Below are positions 62,494 to 64,000 of a stretch of 64,000 nt of DNA, piece by piece. The stretch is from Octopus sinensis. Taxonomy: Eukaryota. A model generated the notes under the pieces. It saw only the letters and a list, made by a program, of their open reading frames with translations, made no database searches and had not been told where the DNA came from. Numbering within the stretch: the stretch's first letter is position 1; each line of letters opens with the position of its first letter. Position numbers and translations under genes: made by a program. The DNA lies in contig NC_043011.1 in assembly GCF_006345805.1 (NCBI RefSeq), positions 52,526,464 to 52,590,463 of the forward strand, read 5' to 3'.

Positions 62494-63915
62494 TCATGGT
62501 TCACCTTCAAAAGATTTTCCCCCCATGTGAGTTCGTTCATGTTTCTTCAAATCACAGTTATTGATAAAAGACCTGCCGCACATTTCACATCGATATGGTC
62601 TTTCCCCCGTGTGTCTACGTGTGTGATCTACAAGACGAGAATTAACAGAAAATGATTTTCCACAAATTCCACATTGATAGGGTTTCTCTCCAGTATGGAT
62701 TCGTTTGTGGAGTAGAAGATTAAAATTCCGAATGAAGAATTTTCCACATATCTCACAGTGGTAGGGTCTCTCCCCGGTATGTCCTCGATTGTGGATAATA
62801 AGATTCGAATTAAGGGTGAAAGATTTTCCACAAATTTCACAGTGAAACAATTTTTCCCCAGTATGTGTCCGTTTGTGCCTCAATAAATTACTGTTGACCA
62901 CAAATGACTTTCCACAGGTTTCACAGTAATAAGGTTTCTCTCCCGTGTGCGACCGTTTGTGGATTGTAAGGTTAGAATTCTCCCTGAAAGATTTACCGCA
63001 GATGCCACAGTGGAACGGTTTTTCTCCCGTGTGAATCCTGCTGTGTACTTTTAGGTGTCCATTCGAAACAAAAGACTTTCCACACACATCGCAGCAATAG
63101 GGTTTCTCGCCTGTGTGGTTACGTCTGTGGCTCGTAAGATGAGAATTCTGAATAAAAGACTTTCCGCATATCTCGCAATGAAAAAGGTTTTCCCCCGTGT
63201 GGATTTTCTTGTGTGTTGCTAAATTGCTACTATCAGCAAAAGATTTTCCACAGATTTCGCAATGGTACGGTTTCTCCCCACTGTGCCGTCTTCTGTGCGA
63301 TTTTAAATAATCGTTCGACACAAAAGATTTTCCACATACCTCACAGTGGTAGGGCTTCTCCCCAGTATGACATCTTTTGTGCGTCTTCAAATGATCGTTA
63401 GAGACAAAATTTTTTCCACACACTTCACAGTGAAAGGGTTTCTCTCCCGTGTGACTACGTATATGCAGTGTAAGCTTAGACCTTTCTATGAAAGATTTCC
63501 CGCATATTTCACAGTGGAAAAGTTTCTCCCCGGTATGTATCCCGGTGTGCCTTCTTAAATTACTGTTGGAAACAAAAAATTTCCCGCATATTTCACAATG
63601 AAAGGGTTTCTCGGCGTTGTGTACTTTTTTGTGCCTTGTTAAATTTCTGCGAGAGACAAAAGATTTATCACATATTTCACAGTGGTAAGGTTTTTCTCTA
63701 TTGTGTAATTTTTCTTGGTGCGCGAAGAGTTCATATTCCGAAGAGAACGTTTTCTTACAAATCTCGCAGCTATATTCTGAAGTCTTTTTTCCCTCCACCG
63801 AACTTTGGTTCGTAACTTTCTCTCGACTGTTGTATGTCCGTTTAACTGAATCTACATCTACATTGTTATAAACGACTGTGTTGTTACAGAACTCCAAGCG
63901 ACTTATATCCTCCAT
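62494..63915 (-). CDS. C2H2 zinc-finger protein, 473 aa, 15 tandem fingers, no recognisable KRAB or SCAN domain
   Basis: Uninterrupted ORF with 15 CxxC-x12-HxxxH units (finger 1 is HxxxxH) and TGEKP-type linkers after a 47-aa leader; typical of the coleoid C2H2 expansion. Any 5' exon would lie beyond the window. Confidence 0.95.
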   Translation of the reverse strand: MEDISRLEFCNNTVVYNNVDVDSVKRTYNSREKVTNQSSVEGKKTSEYSCEICKKTFSSEYELFAHQEKLHNREKPYHCEICDKSFVSRRNLTRHKKVHNAEKPFHCEICGKFFVSNSNLRRHTGIHTGEKLFHCEICGKSFIERSKLTLHIRSHTGEKPFHCEVCGKNFVSNDHLKTHKRCHTGEKPYHCEVCGKSFVSNDYLKSHRRRHSGEKPYHCEICGKSFADSSNLATHKKIHTGENLFHCEICGKSFIQNSHLTSHRRNHTGEKPYCCDVCGKSFVSNGHLKVHSRIHTGEKPFHCGICGKSFRENSNLTIHKRSHTGEKPYYCETCGKSFVVNSNLLRHKRTHTGEKLFHCEICGKSFTLNSNLIIHNRGHTGERPYHCEICGKFFIRNFNLLLHKRIHTGEKPYQCGICGKSFSVNSRLVDHTRRHTGERPYRCEMCGRSFINNCDLKKHERTHMGGKSFEGEP

Positions 63916-64000
63916 AATTAGACCCGACGAATGTTGAAAGCCGAGAAATGTCTGTAAATATATTATGGTTCAGTTTCCCGTCTTTGTTACCACGGAATTC

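Overview
AT-rich, repeat-dense animal genomic DNA, almost certainly Octopus sp. (inferred from the SINE families and the style of the C2H2 gene; not provable from this window alone). Two protein genes are supported. (1) PINCH/LIMS (five LIM domains) on +: 12 GT-AG coding exons from ATG 25652 to TAA 47720, spliced CDS 975 nt = 324 aa; at least one further 5' exon exists but was not located. (2) A convergent single-ORF 15-finger C2H2 zinc-finger gene on - (62494-63915). The rest is tRNA-derived SINEs of several families, RTE-clade LINE remnants and their 3' ends, Tc1/mariner, pogo-like and TTAA (piggyBac-like) MITEs, microsatellites and one 100-N gap. Most interesting: a 544-bp insertion (15817-16360) made of a full-length U6 snRNA copy fused to a GC-richer retroelement-like body and an (AAC)n tail, flanked by a degenerate 12-bp target duplication inside an older SINE; five hammerhead-ribozyme-like motifs in short TA-associated repeats; a 2.1-kb three-level nested array derived from an RTE 3' UTR; and several inversion or chimera junctions that record how RTE machinery inserts. 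All coordinates and folds were read by eye; no searches were run.
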